Virus record (IMG/VR): IMGVR_UViG_3300029265_000685
Span: 1-53,830 of that record
DNA: 53,830 nt
Direction: 5' to 3' (one strand)
Origin: a virus
Taxonomy: Duplodnaviria; Caudoviricetes
Under the pieces are notes generated by a model that ran no database searches, was not told the origin of the DNA, and worked only from the letters and a program-made list of their open reading frames with translations. Shown here in pieces: positions 28,426 through 39,254 of the stretch; position 1 is the stretch's first letter; the number at the start of each line of letters is the position of its first letter. A program made the position numbers and the translations under genes.

Positions 28426-30108
28426 ATGAGTTTCAAGAAATGTTTTGCTAAAAGATTAGGGGGGAATGATTATCTCATACACCTATGGACTGATGAGGGT
28501 GGTTATGAGAAGGTAGAATGGACTAACCAAGCCTATACTGAATGTGGGGAAGCTGATGCTTCCCACCTTGGTTTGAATGGTGAACCTTTACGTAAAGTTA
28601 GAAATTGGAATAGAGAAGATCCAAAACTCCACTTCCATGATATGACCCCATATCAAAAATTCCTAGTTGAAAAATATGGAGTTAATGATGAACCATCTAC
28701 AACTCAAAGGGAAATATTTTTCGATATTGAGATTGAAATGGGGGGAGCTCTTACCGAAGAATATATAAAATCAGCACCTAAGAAGGTTACATCAATTGCT
28801 TGGTATGATAAACAAGTTGATTTGTGGGGCATCTTAATATTAGATGCTAAGGATAATTTAAAACATACAAAAACTAAAAATCGGGAAATAATCCCATGTC
28901 GTACTGAAGATGAACTATTAATGAAGTTTATTGAGAAGTTTAGAGAAATGGATCCTGACATAATTGTAGGATGGAATAGTGATTATTTTGATATTCCCTA
29001 TTTATATTATAGAATGTGTAATGTTTTAGGACAAGATATTGCCCGTTATTTATCCCCAATTGGTTATGTTAGAGAAACTCCTTGGTATAAGGATCAATTC
29101 ATACAAATAGCAGGTGTAGAATCACTTGATTATATGCGTTTACATAAGAAATTTAGTTGGGCGGATGAACCATCATTTAAGTTAGATGCTATTGGTGAAA
29201 AATATGCTGGGTTAAATAAAATTGAATACGATGGAAATTTAGATGATTTATTTGAAGAAGATCCATTAAAATTTATTCAATACAACTTTAGAGATGTTGA
29301 AATACTTAAAGTATTAGATGAAAAGTTAGAATATTTATCCCTAGTTAAAAATTTAGCACATAAAGGTAAACATAATTATAGTGAGGTTTATGCTAATACC
29401 AAAACACAAGATGGCGCTATTTCAGCTTATCTATTGAGTAAAGGTATTGTTCCACCTGCTAAAGAACGCAACCCATTATCTAAGAAAAACTATGCTGGTG
29501 GATATTTATTTTGCCCTAAAGCAGGTATTTACAATTATATGTTTGATGAAGATTTAACTTCACTATACCCTTCAATTATTATGACTATTAATATTGGTAA
29601 GGAAACAATGATTGGGAGAATAATTGATGCTGATGATAGAAATAATCGTTTAGGATTAAATGATTTAAAAAAGAGAGATCCTGAGGAAGAATTAATGGTT
29701 GAAAATGCCAAACGTAGACGTACTAAAGTACCAGTATCTAAACTGGTTAGGATGATTGAAGAAAATAAACTCTCAGTCTCGGCAAATGGTGTTTTATTTT
29801 CAACAGATAATGAATCAGTATTAAGTACTATTCTAAAAAAATGGTTTGATGAACGTGTTTTATATAAAAATAAAATGAAAGAAGCATATCAAGCTGGTAA
29901 TAATGAATTAGGTGCAAGTTTTCATATGAAACAATATACGATGAAAATTTTACTTAACAGTTTATATGGAGCTACAGCATTAGGTAGTTTTAGATATGGT
30001 AATGTAATACTATCAGAAGCAATTACATTGTCAGGTCAAAGAATCATTCAAGAATCAGCTTTAACAGCAAATAGACACATGAATAAAGTAATTCGCAAAC
30101 AAATATAA
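28426..30108 (+). CDS. Family B DNA polymerase, N-terminal subunit (exonuclease, motifs A and B)
   Basis: FDIE, GWNSDYFD, YNFRD, YAGG, DLTSLYPSII, KILLNSLYG. Confidence 0.92.
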   Translation: MSFKKCFAKRLGGNDYLIHLWTDEGGYEKVEWTNQAYTECGEADASHLGLNGEPLRKVRNWNREDPKLHFHDMTPYQKFLVEKYGVNDEPSTTQREIFFDIEIEMGGALTEEYIKSAPKKVTSIAWYDKQVDLWGILILDAKDNLKHTKTKNREIIPCRTEDELLMKFIEKFREMDPDIIVGWNSDYFDIPYLYYRMCNVLGQDIARYLSPIGYVRETPWYKDQFIQIAGVESLDYMRLHKKFSWADEPSFKLDAIGEKYAGLNKIEYDGNLDDLFEEDPLKFIQYNFRDVEILKVLDEKLEYLSLVKNLAHKGKHNYSEVYANTKTQDGAISAYLLSKGIVPPAKERNPLSKKNYAGGYLFCPKAGIYNYMFDEDLTSLYPSIIMTINIGKETMIGRIIDADDRNNRLGLNDLKKRDPEEELMVENAKRRRTKVPVSKLVRMIEENKLSVSANGVLFSTDNESVLSTILKKWFDERVLYKNKMKEAYQAGNNELGASFHMKQYTMKILLNSLYGATALGSFRYGNVILSEAITLSGQRIIQESALTANRHMNKVIRKQI

Positions 30109-30110
30109 CT

Positions 30111-31043
30111 ATGAAACATTTACAAGACGTACCATGGTGGATATGTGATCCCGAAGATATTAATTATGTAGCATACTCAGATACGGATTCTATCTATATC
30201 CATGCCGAACCATTACTTAAATTTCTATATCCTGACTTTGATGATATGCCTAGTGAGAAGAAAGATGATTTATTAGAAGAAGAAGCAATAAAATATCAAC
30301 ATATTATAACAGATTCATATAGTGATTTAGCTAGGGATTGTTTTAATGCTAAGGGAGAACATAGACTAGAAATGAAAACAGAATGTGTTATCAGATCAGC
30401 ATATTTTAGAGCTACTAGGCGTTATGCCCAATGGATTACTAAACAAGAAGGTATGACAAAGGAATCACTTGACGTTAAAGGACTAGAGTTTAAAAAAGCA
30501 AATTTCCCACCAGTGTTAGGTAAATTTTTTCATAAAATCCTCATTGATGTGTTAAAAGGCACAACACAACCAGAGATTGATGCTCGTGTCAAAGCATTTA
30601 GACAGCAAATATTAGACGGCACTATACCGCTAACTGAGTTAGGAAATCCCACATCAGTGAAAACATTAAATAAGTATACTGAACGTAAGGCACGTGCTGG
30701 GGAAATGATGACTACTGTTGCTAAAGGTGCACCAGCTGCTGTAAGAGCAGTTATTAGACATAATGATTTACTAAGATTTTGGGGGTTAAATGGTAAACAT
30801 AGTACTATTACTCAAGGTGATAAGGTTAAGTGGATTTATTTAAAATCAAACCCATATCACATTGATGCCGTTGCCTTTTTAGACTATGATATTGCAGATA
30901 AGGTTCGTACATTCATCGAAGAATATGCCGACCGTAGGAAAATTTTTGAATCAATATTACTTAATAAAGTCGAGGGGTTTTATGGAGATTTACAATGGTC
31001 ACTTAACCTCAACCCATATCGCGAAATGTTTTTTAACTTATAA
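30111..31043 (+). CDS. Family B DNA polymerase, C-terminal subunit (motif C, thumb)
   Basis: YSDTDSIY, RRYA, VKGLE; ends in a clamp-binding-like MFFNL. Confidence 0.9.
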   Translation: MKHLQDVPWWICDPEDINYVAYSDTDSIYIHAEPLLKFLYPDFDDMPSEKKDDLLEEEAIKYQHIITDSYSDLARDCFNAKGEHRLEMKTECVIRSAYFRATRRYAQWITKQEGMTKESLDVKGLEFKKANFPPVLGKFFHKILIDVLKGTTQPEIDARVKAFRQQILDGTIPLTELGNPTSVKTLNKYTERKARAGEMMTTVAKGAPAAVRAVIRHNDLLRFWGLNGKHSTITQGDKVKWIYLKSNPYHIDAVAFLDYDIADKVRTFIEEYADRRKIFESILLNKVEGFYGDLQWSLNLNPYREMFFNL

Positions 31044-31054
31044 TAAAAAAGAAA

Positions 31055-31789
31055 ATGATAAATAAACTACTCATCCAAAGCATAATTAATAAATATTATC
31101 TAGGATTAACCGAATCTGTTAAATGGTCAATTAATGACAAAAAATTAAATATTGATTTTATGACTCCTAATAAGGATGTTATAGGGAGTGTTTCATGTGA
31201 AAATTTTGATTTAGAAGATAGTAAATTAGCTATTTATGATACTAAAAAACTTCAAAGTTTAATTAGTATCTGTAGTGGAGATTTACTTCTAGAATTAACC
31301 AAGAATAACGCCTTAAATACGAAACTACGAATATCAGATTTAAATTTTAACCTAACATATGCTTTATCAGATCCATTGTTAATTGGTAAAGTTGGTACTG
31401 TAAATGATGCTGAGTGGGTTGTAGAATTAAATTTAGAAGATGATGATGTAACTAACTTGATTAAAGCAAAGAGTGCATTAGCCTTAGTAGATAATATGAT
31501 AGTAACTACTTCAACAAATCTGGATAATGAGGATGTTATTGAATTTGTATTTGGCGATGAATCAGGCCATAATAATAAGATTACATATCAAATGTCAGGA
31601 ATTATCAAAGAACAAAATATGAAACTTCCATTTAACTCCGATATGTTAAAAACTATACTACAAGCCAATAAAGATATGGAAGGTGGAAAATTATATTTAA
31701 GCTCAATGGGACTTATGAAATTAGAATTTTCACACGAAGGAATTAAAAGTGAGTACTTTATGGTGAGAAGAACCGAAACCAACTTTTAA
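31055..31789 (+). CDS. Sliding clamp (gp45-like)
   Basis: 244 aa two-domain alpha/beta pattern with AIYD motif; adjacent to PolB, with a clamp loader nearby. Confidence 0.7.
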   Translation: MINKLLIQSIINKYYLGLTESVKWSINDKKLNIDFMTPNKDVIGSVSCENFDLEDSKLAIYDTKKLQSLISICSGDLLLELTKNNALNTKLRISDLNFNLTYALSDPLLIGKVGTVNDAEWVVELNLEDDDVTNLIKAKSALALVDNMIVTTSTNLDNEDVIEFVFGDESGHNNKITYQMSGIIKEQNMKLPFNSDMLKTILQANKDMEGGKLYLSSMGLMKLEFSHEGIKSEYFMVRRTETNF

Positions 31790-31807
31790 GAACAAGTTAA
31801 AAATAAC

Positions 31808-31836
31808 TTGGTTTTCCAATCAATAATTCGTATATT
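31808..31836 (+). promoter_or_regulatory. Promoter TTGG-N15-TTCGTATATT
   Basis: Repeated motif upstream of the chaperonin block. Confidence 0.8.
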
Positions 31837-31861
31837 CACGTATATAAAAACAATAAAAAAT

Positions 31862-32179
31862 ATGAGCAACACTATTATTAAAGATCCTGCGATGGAACCG
31901 TACCACCTCAACAAAGATCAGTATTGTTATACTGTAGTGGAGACAATTACACCCGACAAGAAAAACCTAGGTAGGTTTGGGAATAAGGGTAATAAAAATG
32001 AGGGAAAGAATTATGAAAAAAATCTATCCCACCATAGTACACTAGGCTCAGCCTTAGGTAAAATTGCAAAGATGCGATTAGATGATAAACAGGATTATAA
32101 TTCTATTAGGGATTACCTAAATGAATTTGAAATACAAAAAGAAGAAATGAGAGAATTATTAACAAAAATAGGAATATAG
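31862..32179 (+). CDS. Hypothetical protein (start revised to ATG 31862)
   Basis: The track's TTG start at 31808 lies inside the promoter; ATG 31862 follows an A-rich leader. Confidence 0.65.
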   Translation: MSNTIIKDPAMEPYHLNKDQYCYTVVETITPDKKNLGRFGNKGNKNEGKNYEKNLSHHSTLGSALGKIAKMRLDDKQDYNSIRDYLNEFEIQKEEMRELLTKIGI

Positions 32180-32180
32180 T

Positions 32181-32474
32181 ATGAAATTAAAAGCAATGTT
32201 CGATGCGGTTATCGTAAAAGCGTTAAAAGAAGAGGAAACGATGTATGGAAACATAATTGTTCCTGATTTGGGTAAAGATAAAAATGAACATGGTGAGGTA
32301 GTATCAGTAGGACCTGGTAAATACTCAGTTACAGGAGATCATTTTTTAAAAACCCAAATTAAAATCGGTGATGTAGTAGTTTTACCAACAATGGGATTTA
32401 CAAAATTAGAACATGATGGTGAGGAATATTTCGTAGGGCCAGAACAGCAAATACTTGCACAAATAGAAAAATAA
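32181..32474 (+). CDS. groES: Co-chaperonin GroES
   Basis: MKLKAMFDAVIV, GNIIVPD, GEVVSVGPG, IKIGDVV. Confidence 0.92.
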   Translation: MKLKAMFDAVIVKALKEEETMYGNIIVPDLGKDKNEHGEVVSVGPGKYSVTGDHFLKTQIKIGDVVVLPTMGFTKLEHDGEEYFVGPEQQILAQIEK

Positions 32475-34082
<1,608 letters not shown>

Positions 34083-34084
34083 TT

Positions 34085-34363
34085 ATGGTGAAACAAATTA
34101 TAGAACATAATGAGTTAATAGCAGTTAGAATTCCCCCAGGCGACAAATGGTCGCTTGTGGGGGATCCTAAAAAGGAAATATTTCCAACATTAACAGATAC
34201 TTTAGAAGCTTTTCTTCAACAAACCAACTTTAAGGGATCTTATAGATTAGATCCTATGGATAGTAAATTATATGCTATACAATCCCATGAGGAAGAAGTA
34301 GTGGTTGAAGAGGTTAAGCAATTTGGTTTATATGGAGAATTAGAGTTTAAACAAGGTAAATAA
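34085..34363 (+). CDS. Hypothetical protein
   Basis: 92 aa ORF following groEL. Confidence 0.6.
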   Translation: MVKQIIEHNELIAVRIPPGDKWSLVGDPKKEIFPTLTDTLEAFLQQTNFKGSYRLDPMDSKLYAIQSHEEEVVVEEVKQFGLYGELEFKQGK

Positions 34364-34366
34364 AAT

Positions 34367-34395
34367 TAGGATAAGCAATAAAAAATTCGTATATT
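34367..34395 (+). promoter_or_regulatory. Promoter TAGG-N15-TTCGTATATT (very short leader)
   Basis: Repeated motif ending 6 nt before ATG 34402. Confidence 0.75.
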
Positions 34396-34401
34396 CAAGT
34401 C

Positions 34402-35316
34402 ATGATAAATAAAGAACACACACTTTTAGTTGAGAAATACCGTCCATCAACACTTGAAAATTATGTTGGTAATGAACATATTAAGAAAACTATATCACAA
34501 TATCTTACCCAAAATGACATCCAGAATTTTATATTCCAAGGACCAGCAGGTACAGGTAAAACTACATTGGCAAAAATTATTGTTAAAAATCTAGATTGTG
34601 AGTATATTTACATTAATGCTTCGGATGAAAGGGGAATAGAAACTATAAGAGACAAAGTATCAGGTTTTGCTAGCACAATGTCATTTAAACCTTTAAAGGT
34701 AATTATTTTAGATGAAGCTGATTTCTTAACTATCCAAGCGCAAGCATCATTACGTAATATTATCGAAACATTTTCAAAAACTACACGTTTTATTATGACG
34801 TGTAATTTTGTAGAGCGTATCATTGATCCATTACAATCACGTTGTCAAGTACTAAAAATAGTACCCCCAACAAAGAAGGATGTTGCTGAACACATTGCTT
34901 GGGTTTTAGGTGAAGAAAAAACTGAATTTGATTTAGGAGATATAGTAACAATTGTAAACCAATTCTATCCGGATTTACGTAAATGTCTGAATACAATTCA
35001 ATTATCAACACAAAATAATAAGCTTGTAATTGATAAAACCGTACTAGTATCATCTAATTATATGATTCAAGTAGTTAAAGAATTATCAAAATCAAAACCA
35101 AAGTGGAAGGAAATACGACAGATAGTAGCAAATTCAAACGTTCAGGATTACGAAGAAATGTATCGTTTCTTATTTGATAAAGCCTCTAGTTATGCCGAAG
35201 GTAATGAAGGTATGGTTGCAATCCATCTAAATGATTATAGCTACCAAGCAAATTTTAGAATCGATAAAGAAATAAATTTTATGGGTCTAATAGCAAAATT
35301 AATAGAATTAAAATAA
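34402..35316 (+). CDS. Clamp loader AAA+ subunit (RFC small / gp44-like)
   Basis: VEKYRP, GPAGTGKT, INASDERG, ILDEAD, LQSRC. Confidence 0.93.
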   Translation: MINKEHTLLVEKYRPSTLENYVGNEHIKKTISQYLTQNDIQNFIFQGPAGTGKTTLAKIIVKNLDCEYIYINASDERGIETIRDKVSGFASTMSFKPLKVIILDEADFLTIQAQASLRNIIETFSKTTRFIMTCNFVERIIDPLQSRCQVLKIVPPTKKDVAEHIAWVLGEEKTEFDLGDIVTIVNQFYPDLRKCLNTIQLSTQNNKLVIDKTVLVSSNYMIQVVKELSKSKPKWKEIRQIVANSNVQDYEEMYRFLFDKASSYAEGNEGMVAIHLNDYSYQANFRIDKEINFMGLIAKLIELK

Positions 35317-35332
35317 AAATAAAAATAAACAT

Positions 35333-35578
35333 ATGTCAGAAGAGAAAAAAATGAATCTCAATGTAGATTTAAAGAGTACAACAGCAATAGAAACACCAGA
35401 TGGTGGTCAAGTATTTAATCAAGGAGTATTACTTCGAAAAGTATCTAAATTTGTAGTAGGAGCTGATGAAGATGCAGTAATGCCAATTCCAGTATTTTAC
35501 GATCCAATATCAGGTAAGATATTATCAAGTACTATCCCATTGGAGCTTAGAGAAGAATATAAAGAATATTCTATTTAA
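35333..35578 (+). CDS. Hypothetical protein
   Basis: 81 aa ORF between the clamp loader genes. Confidence 0.6.
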   Translation: MSEEKKMNLNVDLKSTTAIETPDGGQVFNQGVLLRKVSKFVVGADEDAVMPIPVFYDPISGKILSSTIPLELREEYKEYSI

Positions 35579-36015
35579 TGTCCCAAATCGAGATAAAAAA
35601 TATATTTGGTTTTTTGGAGGAGATAACCGTAAGGAAGTCTCCTCCTGAAAATTTCTCACAGGCTTCATGGGAGAAGTGGAATTCTTATATGGTTCATAAA
35701 TGGTTAAGTATGAATGAGGACTATATTGATATAGTAAACTATGTTCAAAAAACCAACCCACAAAGTAAAAAACAAATATATTCAATATACCGAGAAATGA
35801 TTCCTAGAAAGAAAACATGGTCTAAATATATTAAAAATGAAAATAAAAACACATATCAAGAGTTAGAGGAATATGTGTCAAAATATTATGAGTGTTCTAT
35901 TAGTGAAGCTAATAGTTACATAAATATTCTAGGTAAAAATGTTAAATACATCTTAGAAGGAATGGGAATTGATGAAAAAGAAAGTAAAAAAATAATTAAA
36001 AAAGCGAAATTATGA
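35578..36015 (+). CDS. Clamp loader small subunit (gp62-like)
   Basis: YMVHKWLSM...IPRKKTWSKYIK...YYECS..EA pattern; close to the gp44-like gene. Confidence 0.7.
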   Translation: MSQIEIKNIFGFLEEITVRKSPPENFSQASWEKWNSYMVHKWLSMNEDYIDIVNYVQKTNPQSKKQIYSIYREMIPRKKTWSKYIKNENKNTYQELEEYVSKYYECSISEANSYINILGKNVKYILEGMGIDEKESKKIIKKAKL

Positions 36016-36230
36016 GTCGATTAAGAGATATGCTTTACACATCAGCCATTGCTGATAAAGCAAAATCATTATTAACCTTAGAATTACTAGAAGTAAATCC
36101 AGCAGGTATAGGTGATCATTCCACAGATGATTTTTATAAAAACGCCGAAGAAGCACTTGCTATGTTAGCTGATGCTGATGAGAGGTTAGAAACAATAGAA
36201 AAATATTTAATTGTAAAAGAAGTTATATAA
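36012..36230 (+). CDS. Small helical hypothetical protein
   Basis: 72 aa with NPAGIGDHS motif. Confidence 0.6.
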   Translation: MSRLRDMLYTSAIADKAKSLLTLELLEVNPAGIGDHSTDDFYKNAEEALAMLADADERLETIEKYLIVKEVI

Positions 36231-36619
36231 TGTCAATAAAGGAAAGAAAAATATCTAACTCAACACCCAATGAAAAAGTTGGATCCCCAGTTAATGATTT
36301 CGAAAAAACATACCCTGAACTAGCTGAAGAATTTAGTAAAATTCAAGTAGAACAGTATGAGTTATTTGCTGGTAAAATGATGGATTATGGTTTAGGTAAT
36401 ATTGCTTTAGGATCTAATCTTACAGAAAAAGAAGATGTGCAACTCTCGTTAACAGGTATTTGGTTACGTTGTAATGACAAAATTAACCGCTTGAAAAATA
36501 TGCTAAAACGAGATGGTCACAGTTATGTTAATGATGAACCCATGATCGATAGTTTTATCGACATATCTAACTACGGCATTATAGCCCAGCTAGTTATGAG
36601 GGGTAAATGGAAAAAATAA
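36230..36619 (+). CDS. DUF1599 / nucleotide-modification-associated domain 1 protein
   Basis: K..DYG..N...R..DKINRL...E...DSFIDISNYGII signature. Confidence 0.75.
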   Translation: MSIKERKISNSTPNEKVGSPVNDFEKTYPELAEEFSKIQVEQYELFAGKMMDYGLGNIALGSNLTEKEDVQLSLTGIWLRCNDKINRLKNMLKRDGHSYVNDEPMIDSFIDISNYGIIAQLVMRGKWKK

Positions 36620-36624
36620 AAGTT

Positions 36625-37575
36625 TTGGCTAAAAAAAATAAAATACCACAAATAGTAAAGGATATAAGAGCATACGAACCGGAGGCAATTAATTATGCCT
36701 ACCAAAAAAATATATCTTTCTCCCAATTATCAATGTACAGAAGTTGCCCTCATAAGTGGGCTTTGCAGTATAAAGATGGGAATAAATTATTCTCATCCAC
36801 TATACACACTGTATTTGGTACTGCGCTACACCACGTTATTCAACATTATTTAGACGTGATGTATGATCAAAGTGCTGCTGCTGCTGATAGAGAAGATACG
36901 GTTGAAATGTTTGAAGATGCTTTAAGGGAAGAATATAAAATCCAATATAAGAAAAATAACAACTCACACTTCAGTTCATCTGAGGAATTGAGGGAATTTT
37001 TTGAAGATGGGGTTAAAATAATCAAAACCTTTAAAGCTAAAAGGAATGGGTACTTTACCAAGAAGGGTTGGCATTTGGTAGGATGTGAAGTTCCAGTTGC
37101 AGTAACACCTAATAAACGTTTCAGTAATCTCATATATATGGGTTATTTAGATGTAGTGATGTACCATGAACCAACCAATACCTTCAAAATTATAGATATC
37201 AAAACATCAACTCGTGGGTGGAATGATAAAGTTAAAAAGGATGAAGATAAACAATTTCAATTAATCCTTTACAAGCAATTCTTTGCTAATCAGTTCAATA
37301 TTCCCCTGGAAAACATCAGTATTGAGTTTTTCATTGTAAAACGTAAAGTCTATGAACACCCTGACTATACAATACCTAGAATTCAAACCTTTACACCTCC
37401 CTCTGGAAAGATAAAATTAAATAAAGCCAATAAAGCTTTAGATGAATTTATAACGGACGCATTTGATAGGGATGGGTATAAAGATAAACAATATAATCCA
37501 ACACCTTCAAAATGGGATTGTACTTTCTGCAGTTTCCGTGATATCCCTAAATTGTGTTCACAAGCTCATAAATAG
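36625..37575 (+). CDS. PD-(D/E)XK nuclease (Cas4/RecB-like); start probably TTG 36625
   Basis: SFSQL...CP, FGTALH, GYLD, IIDIKT, QLILY and C-terminal C..CSF...C. Confidence 0.85.
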   Translation: MAKKNKIPQIVKDIRAYEPEAINYAYQKNISFSQLSMYRSCPHKWALQYKDGNKLFSSTIHTVFGTALHHVIQHYLDVMYDQSAAAADREDTVEMFEDALREEYKIQYKKNNNSHFSSSEELREFFEDGVKIIKTFKAKRNGYFTKKGWHLVGCEVPVAVTPNKRFSNLIYMGYLDVVMYHEPTNTFKIIDIKTSTRGWNDKVKKDEDKQFQLILYKQFFANQFNIPLENISIEFFIVKRKVYEHPDYTIPRIQTFTPPSGKIKLNKANKALDEFITDAFDRDGYKDKQYNPTPSKWDCTFCSFRDIPKLCSQAHK

Positions 37576-37614
37576 ATTGATAAAATAAAAATAATTTAAT
37601 TAAAATTAAAAATA

Positions 37615-37809
37615 ATGAATTCAAAAAATCAAACACTAACCAGTGTCAAAGTACGAGAAGATTTATTCCAATTATTCCGTGTTGAATGTGTTAAAAGAAA
37701 ATTCTCATTCCAAAAGTTATCAGATAGAGCAATCCATCTATTTCTAACCGATGAGGAGTTTAGAAAAAAAATTACTAACCACACAAACTTGGATTTCGAC
37801 GAAATTTAA
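37615..37809 (+). CDS. Ribbon-helix-helix DNA-binding protein
   Basis: LTSVKV beta strand followed by two helices (DLFQLFR...SFQKLSDRAIHLFL). Confidence 0.6.
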   Translation: MNSKNQTLTSVKVREDLFQLFRVECVKRKFSFQKLSDRAIHLFLTDEEFRKKITNHTNLDFDEI

Positions 37810-37823
37810 ATTATATTGATAAT

Positions 37824-39254
37824 ATGAAAGAAGGATATATAAAAAAAGAAGATAGGAAGAAAATCCTCCTCCTAACAGATGACATTCGTGTCCATTCAGG
37901 AGTTGCACAAATTGGTAGAGAGATGGTTATACATACCTCCCATCGTTATAATTGGGTTCAATTAGCCGGTGCTGTTGAACATCCTGAAAAAGGGAAGAGA
38001 ATTGATATTTCTGAAGATAACAATAAACAATCTGGTATTGATGATTCATCTGTAATTCTATATCCTACAGATGGGTATGGTGATCCTGATATTTTGAGAA
38101 GCATAATTGAATTAGAAAAACCCGATGCTATTTTCTTAATTACAGATCCAAGATATTTTACATGGCTTTTCCAAATGGAAAATCAAATTCGTAAACATAT
38201 ACCTATCATCTACCTAAATATTTGGGATAGTATGCCAGCACCTATGTATAATAAAGAATTTTACGAATCTTGTGATGCATTATTTGGTATTTCTAAACAA
38301 ACAGTAGGTATTAATCAAATTGTTTTAGGTGAAAAGGGAAAGAATAAAATTATTAAATATGTTCCTCATGGTTTAAATAATAAAATGTTTAAACCTGTTG
38401 ATAAATCAAACAAGGATTTAAAGGATTTTAAAAAATATTTATCAAAAGGTAAGGAATATAATTTCACCTTATTATTCAACTCCAGAAATATTAGACGTAA
38501 ATCTATACCTGATACTATCCTAGCTTGGAAGTTATTTTTAGAAAAACTCCCAAAAGAAGAATCAGATAAGTGTTTATTTGTTCTCCACACTGAGCCTGTA
38601 AGTAATCATGGAACTGATTTAGGAGCAGTTATAGAATTTCTATTCCCTGAAGAGAATTCAAATATAGTAATTTCCAACGAAAAATTATCCACAAGTCAAA
38701 TGAATTTGATGTATAATATTGCCGATGGTGTTATTTTAATGTCATCAGCTGAAGGTTGGGGATTATCATTAACTGAATCATTATTAACTGGTACTCCTAT
38801 TATAGCAAACACTACAGGGGGAATGCAGGATCAGATGAGATTTGAGGATGGTAATGGTGATTGGATTAATTTCACTAAAGATTTTCCATCAAATCATAGG
38901 GGTACTTATAATAAACATGGGAAATGGGCATTACCAATATATCCCACTAATCTATCAATTGTAGGTTCACCACAAACACCATATATCTATGATGATAAGG
39001 CATCTTTCGAAGATGCATCTGATAGAATAATGGAACTTTATAAGATGGGGGATGAAAAAAGAAAAGAAATAGGTCAAGAAGGTATGGAGTGGGCATTAGG
39101 AGATGAAGCAGGTTTTACATCTGAGAAAATGTCAAATCGTATCATTGAAGGAATTGACGAACTACTTGATACTTGGACACCTAGAGAAAAATTTGAATTC
39201 TTAAAAGATACAGATTATGAGAAAAAAGTTTTAAAACATAAAATAATTTACTAA
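37824..39254 (+). CDS. GT-B (GT4-like) glycosyltransferase
   Basis: SGVA, YVPHG, RNIRRK and the EGWGLSLTE Ex7E motif. Confidence 0.9.
   Translation: MKEGYIKKEDRKKILLLTDDIRVHSGVAQIGREMVIHTSHRYNWVQLAGAVEHPEKGKRIDISEDNNKQSGIDDSSVILYPTDGYGDPDILRSIIELEKPDAIFLITDPRYFTWLFQMENQIRKHIPIIYLNIWDSMPAPMYNKEFYESCDALFGISKQTVGINQIVLGEKGKNKIIKYVPHGLNNKMFKPVDKSNKDLKDFKKYLSKGKEYNFTLLFNSRNIRRKSIPDTILAWKLFLEKLPKEESDKCLFVLHTEPVSNHGTDLGAVIEFLFPEENSNIVISNEKLSTSQMNLMYNIADGVILMSSAEGWGLSLTESLLTGTPIIANTTGGMQDQMRFEDGNGDWINFTKDFPSNHRGTYNKHGKWALPIYPTNLSIVGSPQTPYIYDDKASFEDASDRIMELYKMGDEKRKEIGQEGMEWALGDEAGFTSEKMSNRIIEGIDELLDTWTPREKFEFLKDTDYEKKVLKHKIIY

Noticed and set aside
30060-30190. Split intein or intron at the PolB junction
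   Set aside because: No intein terminal motifs, and only 2 nt separate the ORFs.
31808-31861. Extended TTG start given in the ORF track
   Set aside because: It coincides with the promoter boxes; ATG 31862 is the plausible start.
36625-37575. Cas4-like nuclease as part of a CRISPR system
   Set aside because: No other cas genes or array; stand-alone PD-(D/E)XK nucleases are common in phages.
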